Notes: a model not told the origin generated them from the letters alone. A DNA stretch of 64,000 nt from Malacoraja senta (GCA_038087875.1 CM075993.1:4156001-4220000); one strand, 5' to 3'; counted from the stretch's first letter, positions 50,976 to 64,000 are shown. Translations and numbers: made by a program.

Positions 50976-51413
50976 GGATATCAAACTCCAGCAGTAAGTT
51001 TGGGCCAAGTGGTCTATTTTTCTGTTTTAAATTGTCAACCAAAGCCATTCTTCAGATTTTGGACTCCCTCTTCCTCCATTCCTCTCTCCGGTTCAATGCC
51101 AATTACAACTTTTGACAAACCTCCATTTGGTTTCAATATCCAGTCATTAATATTGATTAAATATAGCAGAAGTTCTAAGCCATGACCCTGTGCAGGAAAT
51201 CTTTCATCGCCTCCTCCCCGCCCCCCTCCCCACTTCCAATCTGACATTGCACCTCGGTGCGGTGGCGCAGCGGTAGAGTAGCTGCCTTACAGCGCTCGCA
51301 GCGCCAAAGACCCGGGTTCAATCCCGACTACGGGCGCTGTGTCTGTACGCAGTTTGTATGTTTCTCCCCGTGACCTGCGTGGGGTTTTCTCCGAGATCTT
51401 CGTTTCCTCCCGC

Positions 51414-51613
51414 NNNNNNNNNNNNNNNNNNNNNNNNNNNNNNNNNNNNNNNNNNNNNNNNNNNNNNNNNNNNNNNNNNNNNNNNNNNNNNNNNNNNNNN
51501 NNNNNNNNNNNNNNNNNNNNNNNNNNNNNNNNNNNNNNNNNNNNNNNNNNNNNNNNNNNNNNNNNNNNNNNNNNNNNNNNNNNNNNNNNNNNNNNNNNNN
51601 NNNNNNNNNNNNN
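51414..51613. other. Assembly gap (200 N), flanked by V-SINE pieces in opposite orientation
   Basis: N run; plus SINE ~51255-51413, minus SINE 51614-51790. Confidence 0.99.
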
Positions 51614-52162
51614 GGGTCAATTAAACCTACAAATCTGTATGCCTTTAGGATGTGGGTGAAAACCCACGTGGTCACAGGGAGAACGTGCAAAGTCGACAGA
51701 CAGCATCAGAGGTCAGGATTGAACACAGGTCTTTGGCCCTCTGAGGCACTATGAGGCAGCAACTCTACCAGCTGCGTCACTGTGCCGCTCACGTCTTTTG
51801 ACAACACACAAGATCTTTGGCGCATGGCCTGTTTTTCCTCAGATGAGCATGCATTTATTCATAAAAGCTTAATTCTGCTAAGATTATCTTTACTACTCAG
51901 CCAGTCCCCATTCACTACAGAGATGAAGATGGATTGAAGAATAAATGTCACAAAATATTATCAGCTGCAGATCCTTTCTGCTGAAAATGTCGGACAAAGT
52001 TTCACTCGGCAACTTCATCTTCATTATGAGGAGATAATTGAGAAAAGACTGTGCAGTGAATGTGCTTTACATGGAAGGATATGGATAGGTGACGCTTCTG
52101 CTCGTGACCCTCCTTTAGACTGGAGCCTCTCTTGTGTCAGATGGTCTTCAAGTGTCCTGCCA

Positions 52163-52472
52163 GTTAGTTTAGAGATACAGCGCAGAAACGGGGCCCTTCA
52201 GCCCACCGTGTCCGCACCGATCAGCGATCCCTGCACATTAACACTGCCCTACACACACTAGGGACAATTTTACATATATACACTTATTCCAAGCCAATTT
52301 ACCTACAAACCTGCACGCCTTTGGAAAGTGGGAGGAGACCGAAGATCTCGGAAAAAACCCACGCAGGTCACGGGGAGGATGTACAAACTACGTAGAGACA
52401 GCACCTGTAGTCAGGATCTAACCCGGGTATCTGCCACTGTAAGGCAGTAGCTCTACCGCTGCGCCACCATGC
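52163..52472 (-). mobile_element. V-SINE
   Basis: Reverse SINE consensus, full length. Confidence 0.85.
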
Positions 52473-54133
52473 CATGCCTTATTAGCCTGAATGTTGTCCA
52501 TCTCTTGCTGCATGATGGCAGGGGCTGCATCGTTTGCTGAGGAGTTGCAAACATCGAACATTCTGGTATCCCCACGCTGACCATACAATGGCAGGAAAGT
52601 GACTGTCGAAGCAGGAGAGGGTGACTGGACCCAGAATAATGTCAAGAGGAACTCCCACAGTTGAGACGATTGACCTCCAATAAACTCAACAACCTTCTTT
52701 TGTGGAGACACAAGAAGCTGCCGGTGCTGCAATCTTGTGCAAAACACAAAGTGCTGGAGGAACTCAGCAGGTCAGGCAGCATGTGCAGGAAGGAACTGCA
52801 GATGCTGGTTTAAACTGAAGATCGACACAATATGCTAGAGTAACTCAGCGGACAGGCAGCAACTCTGGAAAGAAGGAATGTGTGACTTTTTGGTTCGAGA
52901 CCCTTCATCAGACAGCATCTGTGGAAGGAATGTACAGACGAACTTTTGGGTCGGGACCCCGTCTTCGGGAAAATGTTTGTGTACACTCTCTGATTTCAAC
53001 AGCAGAGTGCTTACCCTTCAAAGCCAATTGATCTTGTGTTGATGAAATAGTTAAATAATCTGCAGGCTTCTACTCAACTATGGTTGACAAGAAAATAACA
53101 TCACATGCCCAGGCACAAGTGAGACCCAGGGGCACAAAACCATCCAGGAGCAACAACAAACATTCTGTTTGGTTTCAAAAACAAGGCCTAATTCTGATGG
53201 CTTCCACAGATAGTTTGCAACGGTATAACACAGTTGAGGCTGATTATTTCTCTACAAGTTTCTGATCAGAGCAAAGACAACAGAACATGCAGAGTATTTA
53301 TAGACACAAAATGCTGGAGTAACTCTCCAGAGATGCTACCTGTCCCACTGTGTTACTCCAGCATTTTGTGTCCATCTTCGGTGTAAACCAGCATCTGTAG
53401 TTCCGCTCTACACATGCAGTGTTTAATCCAGTGGCACAGGGCACTCTGCCAACAAGTGACCTGAGGGTGACAACTGCCTGAAGAGTCCTGGCCCATGATG
53501 TCACCAATGCTGCCTGACCTGCTGAGTTAATCCAGCGCTTTGTGTTTTACTCAATATTCCAGCATCTGCAGTTCCTTGTCTCCACACCAACTTCTAATAT
53601 AACATGTCTTTCGGATAGGAAAAAGGTGCCAAAGCTGTTCACAGTAGCGTGTCAAAATAAAATGAACAATAAGGTACACTACATATTGGAGCAGTATTCA
53701 AAAGCTTGATCACAGAGACAAGTTAAAGAGGAACATGAGTCTGAGGCGTTTCCACAGATCGGAAAGGGTTTAAAAAAAACAAGGATATAAATGTTCAAAT
53801 GTTGCTTAATCAATATCCCGTGCAAGTGAGCAAGCAAAGGAGTGCAGCAAAGGGAAACTGATTATGCCCGGATCAGACACATCTCCGGGGGAAAAAATAT
53901 ACCTCTCTCAAAAAATATTTACATGTCCTATTTATATTCTGGTTTGAAAACAACTGTTGCTGGGCTACAGAATACATTTGCAATTTAATTAAAAGGGCAA
54001 ATTTAAATATTAAAGAAAGTTAAGAATGTTTTTAAAAGGCTTATAATTTCTTAATAAAATCTAAATTTTGTGTTAGTCAATTACCATACATTGACACAAG
54101 CTGCATTGCTGTTTTATTAAAGGCAGAAGACTA

Positions 54134-55748
54134 CAGTAGCTTGCAAAAGTATTCATACCCCTTGAACTTTTCCACATTTTGTCACGTTACAACCACAAAC
54201 GTAAATGTATTTTATTGGAATTTTATGTGATAGACCAACACAAAGTGGTGCATAATTGTGAAGTGGAAGGAAAATGATACATGGTTTTCAAATTTTTTTA
54301 CAAATAAAAAACTGAAAAGTATGGCATGCAAAAGTATTCAGCCCCCCTGAGTCAATACTTTGTAGAACCACCTTTCGCTGCAATTACAGCTGCAAGTCTT
54401 TTGGGGTATGTCTCTACCAGCTTTGCACATCTAGAGACTGAAATGTTTGCCCATTCTTCTTTGCAAAATAGCTCAAGCTCAGTCAGATTGGATGGAGAGC
54501 GTCTGTGAACAGCAATTTTCAAGTCTTGCCAGAGATTCTCAATTGGATTTAGGTCTGGACTTTGACTGGGCCATCTAACACATGAATATGCTTTGATCTA
54601 AACCATTCCATTGTAGCTCTGGCTGTATGTTTAGGGTCGTTGTCCTGCTGGAAGGCGAACCTCCGCCCCAGTCTCAAGTCTTTTGCAGACTCTAACAGGT
54701 TTTCTTCCAAGATTGCCCTGTATTTGGCTCCATCCATCTTCCCATCAACTCTGACCAACTTCCCTGTCCCTGCTGAAGAAAAGCATCCCCACAGCATGAT
54801 GCTGCCACCACCATGTTTCACAGTGGGGATGGTGTGTTCAGGGTGATGTGCAGTGTTAGTTTTCCGCCACACATAGCGTTTTGCATTTAGGCCAACAACT
54901 TCAATTTTGGTCTCATCTGACCAGAGCACCTTCCTCCACATGTTTGCTGTGTCTCCCACATGGCTTGTGGCTAACTGCAAACGGGACTTCTTATGGCTTT
55001 TTTTCAACAATGGCTTTCTTCTTGCCACTCTTCCATAAAGGCCCCGATTTGTGGAGTGCACGACTAATAGTTGTCCTGTGGACAGATTCTCCCAACTGAG
55101 CTGTGGATCTCTGCAGCTCCTCCAGAGTTACCATGGGCCTCTTGGCTGCTTCTCTGATCAATGCTCTCCTTGCCCGGCCTGTCAGTTTAGGTGGACGGCC
55201 ATGTCTTGGTAGGTTTGCAGTTGTGCCATACTCTTTCCATTTTCGGATGATGGATTGAACAGTGCTCCGTGAGATGTTCAAAGCTTGGGATATTTTTTTA
55301 TAACATAACCCTGCTTTAAACTTCTCCACAACGTTATCCCTGACCTGTCTGGTGTGTTCCTTGGGCTTCATGATGCTGTTTGTTCACTAACGTTCTCTAA
55401 CAAACCTGAGGCCTTCACAGAACAGCTGTATTTATACTGAGATTAGATTACACACAAGTGGACTTTATTTACTAATTAGGTGACTTCTGAAGGCAATTGG
55501 TTGCACTGAATATTATTTAGGGGTATCAGAGTAAAGGGGGCTGAATACTTTTGCACGCCACACTTTTCAGTTTTTATTTGTAAACAAATTTGAAAACCAT
55601 GTATCATTTTTCCTTCCACTTCACAATTATGTGCCACTTTGTGTAGGTCTATCACATAAAATCCCAATAAAATACATTTACGTTTGTGGTTGTAATGTGA
55701 CAAAATGTGGAAAAGTTCAAGAGGTATGAATACTTTTGCAAGCCACTG
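54134..55748 (-). mobile_element. Full-length Tc1 (DD34E, IR/DR, Passport-like) DNA transposon
   Basis: TA TSD 54132-54133 / 55749-55750; ~210-bp TIRs starting CAGT, each with two tgcaaaagtattca direct repeats; 1615 bp. Confidence 0.95.
54352..55371 (-). pseudogene. Tc1 transposase with two compensating frameshifts (339 codons when repaired)
   Basis: MKPKEHTRQVRD...GRPPKL; WSDETK; QQDNDPKH; PSQSPDLNPIENLW; ends AAKGGSTKY*; +1 near 55043 and -1 near 54575. Confidence 0.93.
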
Positions 55749-56569
55749 TAACTGATGATTCTCGTAGAGACAGTTCCAGATTATGTCATGGTTCTATTCG
55801 GAAGACGATGTCTCTAAAAAATACTTGCTGTATTTATTTCACTTCCATAATTGGTTTAGCATGACTGGTTAGCACACAACAAACCCTCGGTGCACATGAC
55901 AATAAACTAAACTAACTAATAATTAATAGAACATATGCCATATCCAATCATTGTTGAGTACCAAGAAGCATTTTATTATTATTATTATACTATCTTGAAA
56001 AATGCTTGAAAAATGCCTGGGAGAATTCATGTAAAGTCTAATTTTTGTACATCAGGTATTCGGTGACCCATGCCCCTGTACAGGTTGGATGGTTTTACTT
56101 GTTTCACACTCAGGAGCCTGATCCTTACTTCCCATTGCTTCGATCGAACAGAAACCCTGATCTTCCCACCACTATCAGAGAATTGGAACTCCGGTGCCTG
56201 GGGACTACATGCTTGGATATGCTGCCCTAACACAATGGATACCTGGGTCACACGCCTGACACAATTGCACCCCTGGGTCAGACCGCAACATACCTGGTAT
56301 TCTGGACTTTCTCCTAACAGTCGCTAGTACCCGAGAATAAAGGTGACTGGGTAATCCCATTCCACAGGCACACCTGGGTACCTGGGTCAGCCCTTCCCCA
56401 GATACATAGGTCAGCCGCACCCGAGTCAATTCTTCCCCAGACTCACTAGTATATAGGTCAGTCTTAACCTGGAACACCTGGATCACCCTTTCCCCTTCGC
56501 GCACCATGGGTATGCGAGTCACTCTGTCTCTAGGGTCACCTGTGGATAGCCCCCCTCTCCCTCCCCCTC

Positions 56570-58680
56570 CGGAACCCCTCTCCCTCCACCCCAGGGCTCC
56601 TGGACCCCACTTCTCCTCATACCTGGGGACCGAGACCACTCTCCCCCGCTTCCCCCCCACCCCTGATACTCTTTTCCCTCCCCCACCCCCAGGCCCCTCT
56701 CCCCACCCCTGGGCACCGAGACCCCTCTACCCCTTCTCATACCTGGGCCCCTCTCCCCCACGCACCTGGGCACAGAGCGACCTTTCCCTCTCACACCTGG
56801 GCCCCACTCCCCTACACACATGGGGACCGAGACCCCTCTACCCCTTCTCACACCTGGGCCCGTGTGGGCACCGAGACACCTTTCCCTCTCACACCTCCTC
56901 CCCACCCCCCCCTCATACCTGGGCACCGAGACCTTTCCCTGTCACACCTGGGCCCCACCCCTACACACTTGGGCACCAAGACACCTTTCCCTGTCACACC
57001 TGGGCCCCTCTCCCCCCACACTTGGGCACCGAGCGACCTTTCCCTCTCACACCTCCTCCCCCCCTCCCCCCACACCTGGGCCCCTCTCCCTCACACCTTG
57101 GGCACCGAGACACCTTTCCCTGTCACACCTGGGCCCCACCCCTACACACCTGGGCACCGAGACACCTTTCCCTGTCACACCTGGGCCCCACCCATACACA
57201 CCTGGGCATCGAGACACCTTTCCCTGTCACACCTGGGCCCCACCCCTACACACCTGGGCACCGAGACACCTTTCCCTGTCACACCTTGGCCCCACCCTTA
57301 CACACTTGGGCACAGAGACAACTTTCCCTGTCACACCTGGGACCCACCCCTACACACTTGGGCACCGAGACACCTCCCTGTCACACATGGGCCCCTGTGC
57401 CCCACACCTGGACCCTCTCCCCCACACCTGGGCACTGAGACGCATTTCTCGCCCACACCTGGGCACAGGGCTACCTTTCCCCCCCACACCTGGGCCCCTG
57501 TGCCCCACACCTGGGCCCCTCTCCCCCACACCTGGCCCCTCTCCCCCACACCTGGGCCCCTCTCCCCCACACCTGGGCACCGAGACACCTTTCCCTGTCA
57601 CACCTGGGCCCCTCTCCCACACACCTGGGCACCGAGACACCTTTCCCTGTCACACCTGGGCCCCTCTCCCCCACACCTGGGCCCCTCTCCCCCACACCTG
57701 GCCCCTCTCCCCCACACCTGGGCCCCTCTCCCCCACACCTGGGGCCCTCTCCCCCACACCTGGGCCCCTCTCCCCCACACCTGGGCCCCTGTGCCCCTCT
57801 CCCACACACCTGGGCACCGAGACACCTTTCCCTGTCACACCTGGGCCCCACCCATACACACCTGGGCATCGAGACACCTTTCCCTGTCACACCTGGGCCC
57901 CACCCCTACACACCTGGGCACCGAGACACCTTTTCCCTGTCACACCTTGGCCCCACCCTTACACACTTGGGCACAGAGACAACTTTCCCTGTCACACCTG
58001 GGACCCACCCCTACACACTTGGGCACCGAGACACCTTCCCTGTCACACATGGGCCCCTGTGCCCCACACCTGGACCCCTCTCCCCCACACCTGGGCACTG
58101 AGACGCATTTCTCGCCCACACCTGGGCACAGGGCTACCTTTCCCCCCCACACCTGGGCCCCTGTGCCCCACACCTGGGCCCCTCTCCCCCACACCTGGGC
58201 CCCTCTCCCCCACACCTGGGCCCCTCTCCCCCACACCTGGGCACCGAGACACCTTTCCCTGTCACACCTGGGCCCCTCTCCCACACACCTGGGCACCGAG
58301 ACACCTTTCCCTGTCACACCTGGGCCCCTCTCCCCCACACCTGGGCCCCTCTCCCCCACACCTGGGCCCCTCTCCCCCACACCTGGGCCCCTCTCCCCCA
58401 CACCTGGGGCCCCTCTCCCCCACACCTGGGCCCCTCTCCCCCACACCTGGGCCCCTGGGCCCCTCTCCCCCACACCTGGGCCCCTGTGCCCCTCTCCCAC
58501 ACACCTGGGCACCGAGACACCTTTCCCTGTCACACCTGGGCCCCTCTCGCCCACACCTGGGCCCATGTGCCCCACACCTAGGCCCTTGTCCCCCACACCT
58601 GGGCCCCTCTCCCCCACACCTGGGCCCCTCTCGCCCACACCTGGGCACCGAGACACTCCTCCCCCCCACCCCCACCCCCA
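56570..58680. repeat. C-rich minisatellite built on CACACCTGGG with a ~660-bp higher-order duplication
   Basis: Units cacacctgggcccctctcccc and cacacctgggcaccgagacacctttccctgt; block starting 57151 recurs at 57811. Confidence 0.93.
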
Positions 58681-58681
58681 G

Positions 58682-58998
58682 CCTCACCGTCATTCGTCTC
58701 CTGCAGCAACGAGGCCTCGGCTCCGTCGTCTTCGGGGTAGCACATGCTGCTGCTGCCGGTGCCGTTGCCGGCGCCGCCGGGGTGGGGCTAGGCCCGGGGA
58801 TCGGGCCGGCGTTCGGCAGCTGCCGGGCCCCCCCCCATCGCCGCGCTCGGCGCCGCCGCCCCCACATTGTGACCCGGCTCTCGCTGCCGCCGTCACCATC
58901 GTGCTGCCCAACCGCCACCCGCGCGCTCGGCACCGCCACAGCGCCGCCCGCAGGACTGGAGGCTCCCCTGCGGGCGGCACCGCCACCATTCGGCCCCT
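58682..58998 (-). promoter_or_regulatory. CpG island / putative promoter and 5' UTR
   Basis: Very GC- and CpG-rich unique sequence in a CpG-depleted window, ending at a splice donor. Confidence 0.65.
58688..58745 (-). CDS. Candidate first coding exon of an unidentified host gene (MCYPEDDGAEASLLQETND, phase 1)
   Basis: ATG in agcagcATG context, upstream in-frame TAG, consensus donor ACG|gtgagg, non-repetitive CpG island; no second exon identified. Confidence 0.55.
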
Positions 58999-59019
58999 TT
59001 AAAAAGGTTTTTTTAAAAA

Positions 59020-60400
59020 AGGTTATTAATTGATCACATACACCATAGGTGTAGTTTAGAAATGCTTCTTGCCAATGCAGCATTAAAAAAAAATACAGAC
59101 ATAACAATAATAAAGAGATTTAAACATAAAAAAACATCCCCCCACAATGGTTCCCATTATGAGGGAAGGCACAAAGTCCAGTCCCCATCCCATGTCCACC
59201 CACAGTCGCGCCTATTGAGGCCTCCGCAGTCGCCTTTACGGAGACCCGATGTTCCAGGCCGTTCTCGCCGTTTGATGGTGCTCCGGCGTCGGGAGTATCC
59301 TCTCAGCGGCTTGGGACACCTGGAACAGCCGCTTCCTTACCGGAGACCGCGGCTTCTGAAGCCAACAAGGCCGCGCTTTCACCCTTACTCAAAGGTCAGG
59401 TTGTTGTCACCACCTGTACCAATTAAGGTGCAGTGAGACTCGAATCACCATAGTCATACTAAAAAAAAAAGCAACAAGACACACAAGAACAAGAGGAAGA
59501 AGTTTGAACTTTATTGCGTTCCATCCCAGCGAGGAATGTGGAATGTGTTTAAGGAACTGCAGATGCTGGAAAATCGAAGGTAGACAAAAGTGCTGGAGAA
59601 ACTCAGCAGGTACAGCAAGCAGCATCTATGGAGCGAAGGAAATAGGCAACGTTTCGGGCCGAAACCCTTCTTCAGACCCACATTCACAGTGGAATGTGGA
59701 ATCCACTGTGATGGATGTTTATGTTGACTTTTATGTGGTTGTGTGTCTTGTTGCTTCACTGCGTATGGCTGTACGGTAACTGAAATGTCATTGTTCCTCA
59801 ATTGGTACATGTGACAATAAACTGACCTTGAAACCTTGAACTACATAAAAGTTAACATAAACATCCGCCACAGCGGATTCCCCACATTCCTCACTGTGAT
59901 GGAAGGCAATAAAGTCTAATCTCTTTCCTCTTTTTCTCGAACCATCCGCAGTCGGAGCGATCGAAGCTCCCGCAGCCGTTGGTCGAAGCTCCAGAGATCG
60001 GGGCGGTCGAAGCTCCCGCGGCTTGGAGCTCCCGAAGTCGGTCCCAAACCAGGGACCGCGAGCTCCACGATGTTAAAGTCCACAAGCTCCTGCGGTTGGA
60101 GCTCCGGAAGTCGGTCCCCAGCAGAGGCCGCCAACTCCACGATGTTAGGCCGTGGTGCGGACGGTGATACGATATGGAAAAAAATCACATCTCTGTTGTG
60201 GTAAGAGATTTTTTTTTAAGTTTCCCCCAACCTCCCCCCCCCCCAATTTGTTGTATTTATCTCTCTACATCACCGTCTCGCTCTCGTTTCCCTTTCCCCT
60301 GACTCTCAGTCTGAAGAAGGGTTTCAATGCGAAACGTCACCGATTCCTTTTCTCCAGAGATGCTGCCTGACCCGCTGAGTTACTCCAGCTTTTTGTGTTT
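59020..60400. mobile_element. Cluster of non-autonomous LINE-derived 3' ends and Penelope modules
   Basis: 59120-59195(-) matches 33935-34000(+); 59685-59840(+) and 59845-59910(-) resemble 4260-4400; hammerhead modules at 59648-59675(-) and ~60311(+). Confidence 0.6.
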
Positions 60401-61967
60401 GTCTTTACCTTAATAGGCAGAGTTCTCCCGCCTACCCAGTTTTTTTTTTTGACATAGCACTTTTACTGAAAACCTTTACAGTTCCTTCCTACACAAAACT
60501 TTTCCAATGGCCTGGAAGTAGCCAGTCTCTCGTTAACATCTCACCCAAAAGACAGTGCAGCTCCTCCCCCCCCCCCCCAATTTTTGCACCAAAAATATTA
60601 ACAGATAAACTAAGCCTCAAGTCTCTGGAGTGAGTATGTAAAGCGTGTTTTAAGGGCCAAGGACGCAATGACTGGCTCCGATAAGGATTTGTGGAGAGCA
60701 ACATATCAGGAGGTGTCAGGGGTTATGGGGAGAAGGCAGGGGAATGGGGTTGAGAGGGAGAGATAGATCAGCCATGATTGAATGGCAGAGTAAACTCGAT
60801 GGGCCGAATGGCCAGATTCTGCTCCAATCACTTATGAACCTCTTGAGTAGTGCCACCACCTGGAAGCTCCAGCCTCAGGTTTGAGGGTGACCCCAGTTAC
60901 TATATGTGGAGTTTACGTCCATCCCCTGACGACACTTTTTACTGTTTGCTCCTGTTTTCTCTCACATCTTGAAGACAATTAGAAATTAACAGTAAATTGC
61001 AGGGAAATTAGGGTAATGGGACAGATTGGATTGGTGTGCTGTCAGCTGTTATGTACACAATAGCCTCATACTGGGCTTGGTGTAAGATAGCATAAAATGG
61101 GAAAAGTCCTTCCTCCCTGACTAGATAATCTTTGCTGCCCCCATCGTCTTTGATAAATTACCCACTGCGTGCATGGTAAACATCCAAACGCGCTTCTATG
61201 TCGAAAGGCACAAGGCTTCATAGAGCAATATAGTCAAAGCTCATTGGGTCAAAAGTTATCCCAGGCACAAAAAGCTTGCCAAAATCTTTTACCAATTGAG
61301 CGCATCAGTGCATTTATCAGTGGAAGAGGTTAAAGAGCACAATGAGCTTTGGGAACTTTTATCTTTATGTGAATGCTTTGGAGAAAACAAGTTAAGCAAA
61401 CACAACACCATTTTGCTCAAACCCAGCTTTCCTTTCCCAAAGCCAATGGCTGTGCTTTGCCTTCACAACACCTGGTGTTCAAGATTTCAAAGTGTTTTGT
61501 TTTAATCTGCCAAGTATACATTCATTGAATTATCAATTGCTTTTAATGTATGTTTTCCTTTCCATGAAAAAGACATTCTTTATTTTAATCTGAGCAAGCT
61601 GTCCAGCATTCTTTCCACTGGGTTATCAATCACAATGATCCCAGTCTTTTGGTAAGAAGTCAGGAAAGTAATTGAACACACCTTTGGTTACAGTCCAGGT
61701 CAACATGCACCAAACTATAGTGATAACAAATCAAGTCTTAAATGAAACCAAAAAGTTAAATAGCAAAATACAAACTTTCTGACATTACTTTTTTCCACAC
61801 TTCCAATTTTATCAGATCCTCATCAGTTTATCAGATTTTTATCAGATCCTTGGCATGAATGTGGAGGAAGTGATAATTATTTAATAAATCAGATTTAGAA
61901 CCTCAATACATGGATATTAAAGAGTTAGTTTCTAGAACTTAAAAAGGTAAACAAGTTTGATCCCACT

Positions 61968-62278
61968 CTTTAGTTTAGTTTAGAGATACAGCGTGGAAAC
62001 AGGCTCTTCGGCCCACCGGGTCCGTGCCGACCAGCAATCCCCGCACATTAACACTATCCGACACACACTAGGGACAATTTTACATTTACCAAGCCAATTA
62101 ACCTAGAAACCTGTACGTCTTTGGAGTGTGGGAGGAAACGAAGATCTCGGAGAAAACCCAGGAGGTCACGGGGAGAAAGTACAAACTCCGTACAGACAGC
62201 AGCCGTAGTCTGGATTGAACCCGGGTCTCCGGCGGTGCAAGTGCTGTAAGGCGACAACTCTACCGCTGCGCCATCGCG
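61968..62278 (-). mobile_element. V-SINE
   Basis: Reverse SINE consensus, full length. Confidence 0.87.
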
Positions 62279-63854
62279 CCTCTTTAAATAATGATTTTGT
62301 TCATTCTGCGGTTGTGGGAATCTCTGGCGAAATTGTATTTCTCATCTGCTCAGAGTTCTTTCAGCAAAACCAGAATGGTTTACTAGATCTGTACTCACAG
62401 ACTGCATATAGGGAGACACAAGAGACGGCAGATGCTTTGTTGAGTTCCTCCAACAAAATGCTGGAGGAAACTCAGCGAGTCAAGCAGCATCTGTGGAGGG
62501 AATGGACAGATGACTCTTCGAGTTGGGACACTGATTATAGTAGGAGAGAAAAAGTTGGAAAGGACATTCAGGTTTCACTTGTACTTTGATAGGAAAAAAT
62601 GATAGTTTCATGGTCACTAACTGATGGCAGCTGTTAATCTACAAATCATTCACACTTTGTCGGGACTATTCTTAATACCGTTGACAATTCATTCACTTTA
62701 ACAACTACCTACATGTGGCTGCAGCATATGTTGTCTTTTTCTCTCCCGCTCACCCAAAGAACAGCATAAATCGTCTTTTCATTTGTCACCATCAAATCTC
62801 GTGAGCGGCAGGAATAATCAATTATTAACCAAGCAAATGTGTTGGCCACTGAACAACTGAACGCTAAGCTCAATGCACACGGGTTGATAGGATGCCCTCC
62901 AGCACACCTGTGCCAGTAAGTCCCTGCAAAGAAGCGGAATGTATCAACCAAATAGATTCCAGAATTTGGGATCTTGGTTCCGTTTGCCGGTACGGACCCA
63001 AAACTCAGGTCCCTGATAACAGCATTTTTGGGTGACTGGCCTGCGTTTTGAAGACTTCTGTGATGGGTCCTCCAAAATGAGCTTCTCCCCAAAAGTATTG
63101 GAGCCCGCATTCCCACAACGTTCTAACAGAAGATCATTAACCCTAAAATTAACTGTGTTTCTCTCTCCACAGATACTTCCTGACCTGCTGAGCATCCCAC
63201 GAATTTTATTTGTTCATGTAACATTTCATAAACTCTGTTTTCTTTGAGTTACCTCAGATTGGTTATAACTAATTTAGCAGCATCAACTCACTCAAAACAA
63301 GACTCTTATACCAATTTAAATAACATTAAATCAAATTAAATAGAAACAGTCGTTAGTGGAAGACATAAGAGGAATATTTTCTACTTCACCTATGTACACC
63401 TTTGTTAAAACTTTGCTTCCTCCCTCATTTTGTTTTCAGACGGTGCAAAGAAACTGCAAATTACAGCAGCACTTCATGTTTAAGATCTGAGATGTGACGA
63501 ATAAAACCGTATTGTATTGTATTGAGGTAAATTTCTTCACTATATAATTACGAATAGCAAATGTAGTGCAAGGCAGTTTGCCTTCAAATTAGATACATGC
63601 CCATGGTAATCATGCAAAGGGTGGCTCTGACATTTCAACAAGCTGCAAAAACTATAAATACTGGTTCAAATGCGCTTTATAAATTCATTCAGTGTGGGCG
63701 TTATTGGCAAGTGATTCTCTTAGTCTCTGTCGATGTCAAACAACCACAACCATCTCAATTTGTGTGAAGTAAGACACCATCCATCAATTCACTTAGTTTC
63801 CTCCCCACCTAATGCACCTCTTGATGTATATATTAACGGAGACATGCTTGGAGC

Positions 63855-64000
63855 TACGAGAGCCTCTGCCTCACAACGCCAGAGACCTGGGTTTGATCCC
63901 GACCACGTGTGCTGTCTGCGTGGAGCTGGCACGTTCTCCCTTTGACTGTGGATTTCCTCCGGATTCCTCCCACATCTCAAAGACATGCAAGTTTGTACAT
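63855..64000 (+). mobile_element. V-SINE (truncated by window end)
   Basis: gcctcacaacgccagagacctgggtttgatccc, then V-domain. Confidence 0.75.

Noticed and set aside
52480..52700. Minus-strand peptide MFDVCNSSANDAAPAIMQQEMDNIQ as a possible exon 2
   Set aside because: No convincing acceptor/donor pair; the ORF begins and ends in repeats
56570..58680. CRISPR-like repeat-spacer array
   Set aside because: Intervening sequences are themselves repeated, no cas genes, vertebrate context
58688..58745. Assigning a gene symbol to the candidate exon
   Set aside because: 19 residues with no confident recalled match; needs a database search
56820..59033. 737-aa and 712-aa Pro/His/Thr-rich ORFs
   Set aside because: Read-through of a stop-poor minisatellite, open in several frames, no domain

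Overview
Repeat-dense vertebrate genomic DNA, not prokaryotic. The repeat families (HE1-type V-SINEs, HER1/CR1 LINEs, Rex-Babar LINEs, Penelope fragments) point to an elasmobranch, probably a skate or ray; this is inferred, not searched. Most of the window is transposable elements and simple repeats, and nearly all ORF-track entries are TE fragments or microsatellite read-through. One host-gene candidate is supported: a CpG-island first coding exon on the minus strand (58745-58688, MCYPEDDGAEASLLQETND|gtgag). No downstream exon was recognised, so everything to its left may be intron, but a 200-N gap at 51414-51613 breaks contiguity. The most interesting system is a high-copy Penelope-derived terminal module carrying a minimal hammerhead-ribozyme motif (CTGAAGA-A-GGGT-YYCG-RCCC-GAAACGTY). 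It often occurs as ~200-bp fold-back palindromes with TSDs, whose two arms share private mutations. Other items: a complete Passport-like Tc1 element with two compensating frameshifts; a ~1-kb TAG...CTA DNA element with an apparent 7-bp TSD; seven Harbinger-like MITEs with shared termini; a bipartite non-autonomous RTE with a structured 5' end; an L1 with a 14-bp TSD; and a perfect 67-bp palindrome. All family names come from recalled motifs, not database searches.
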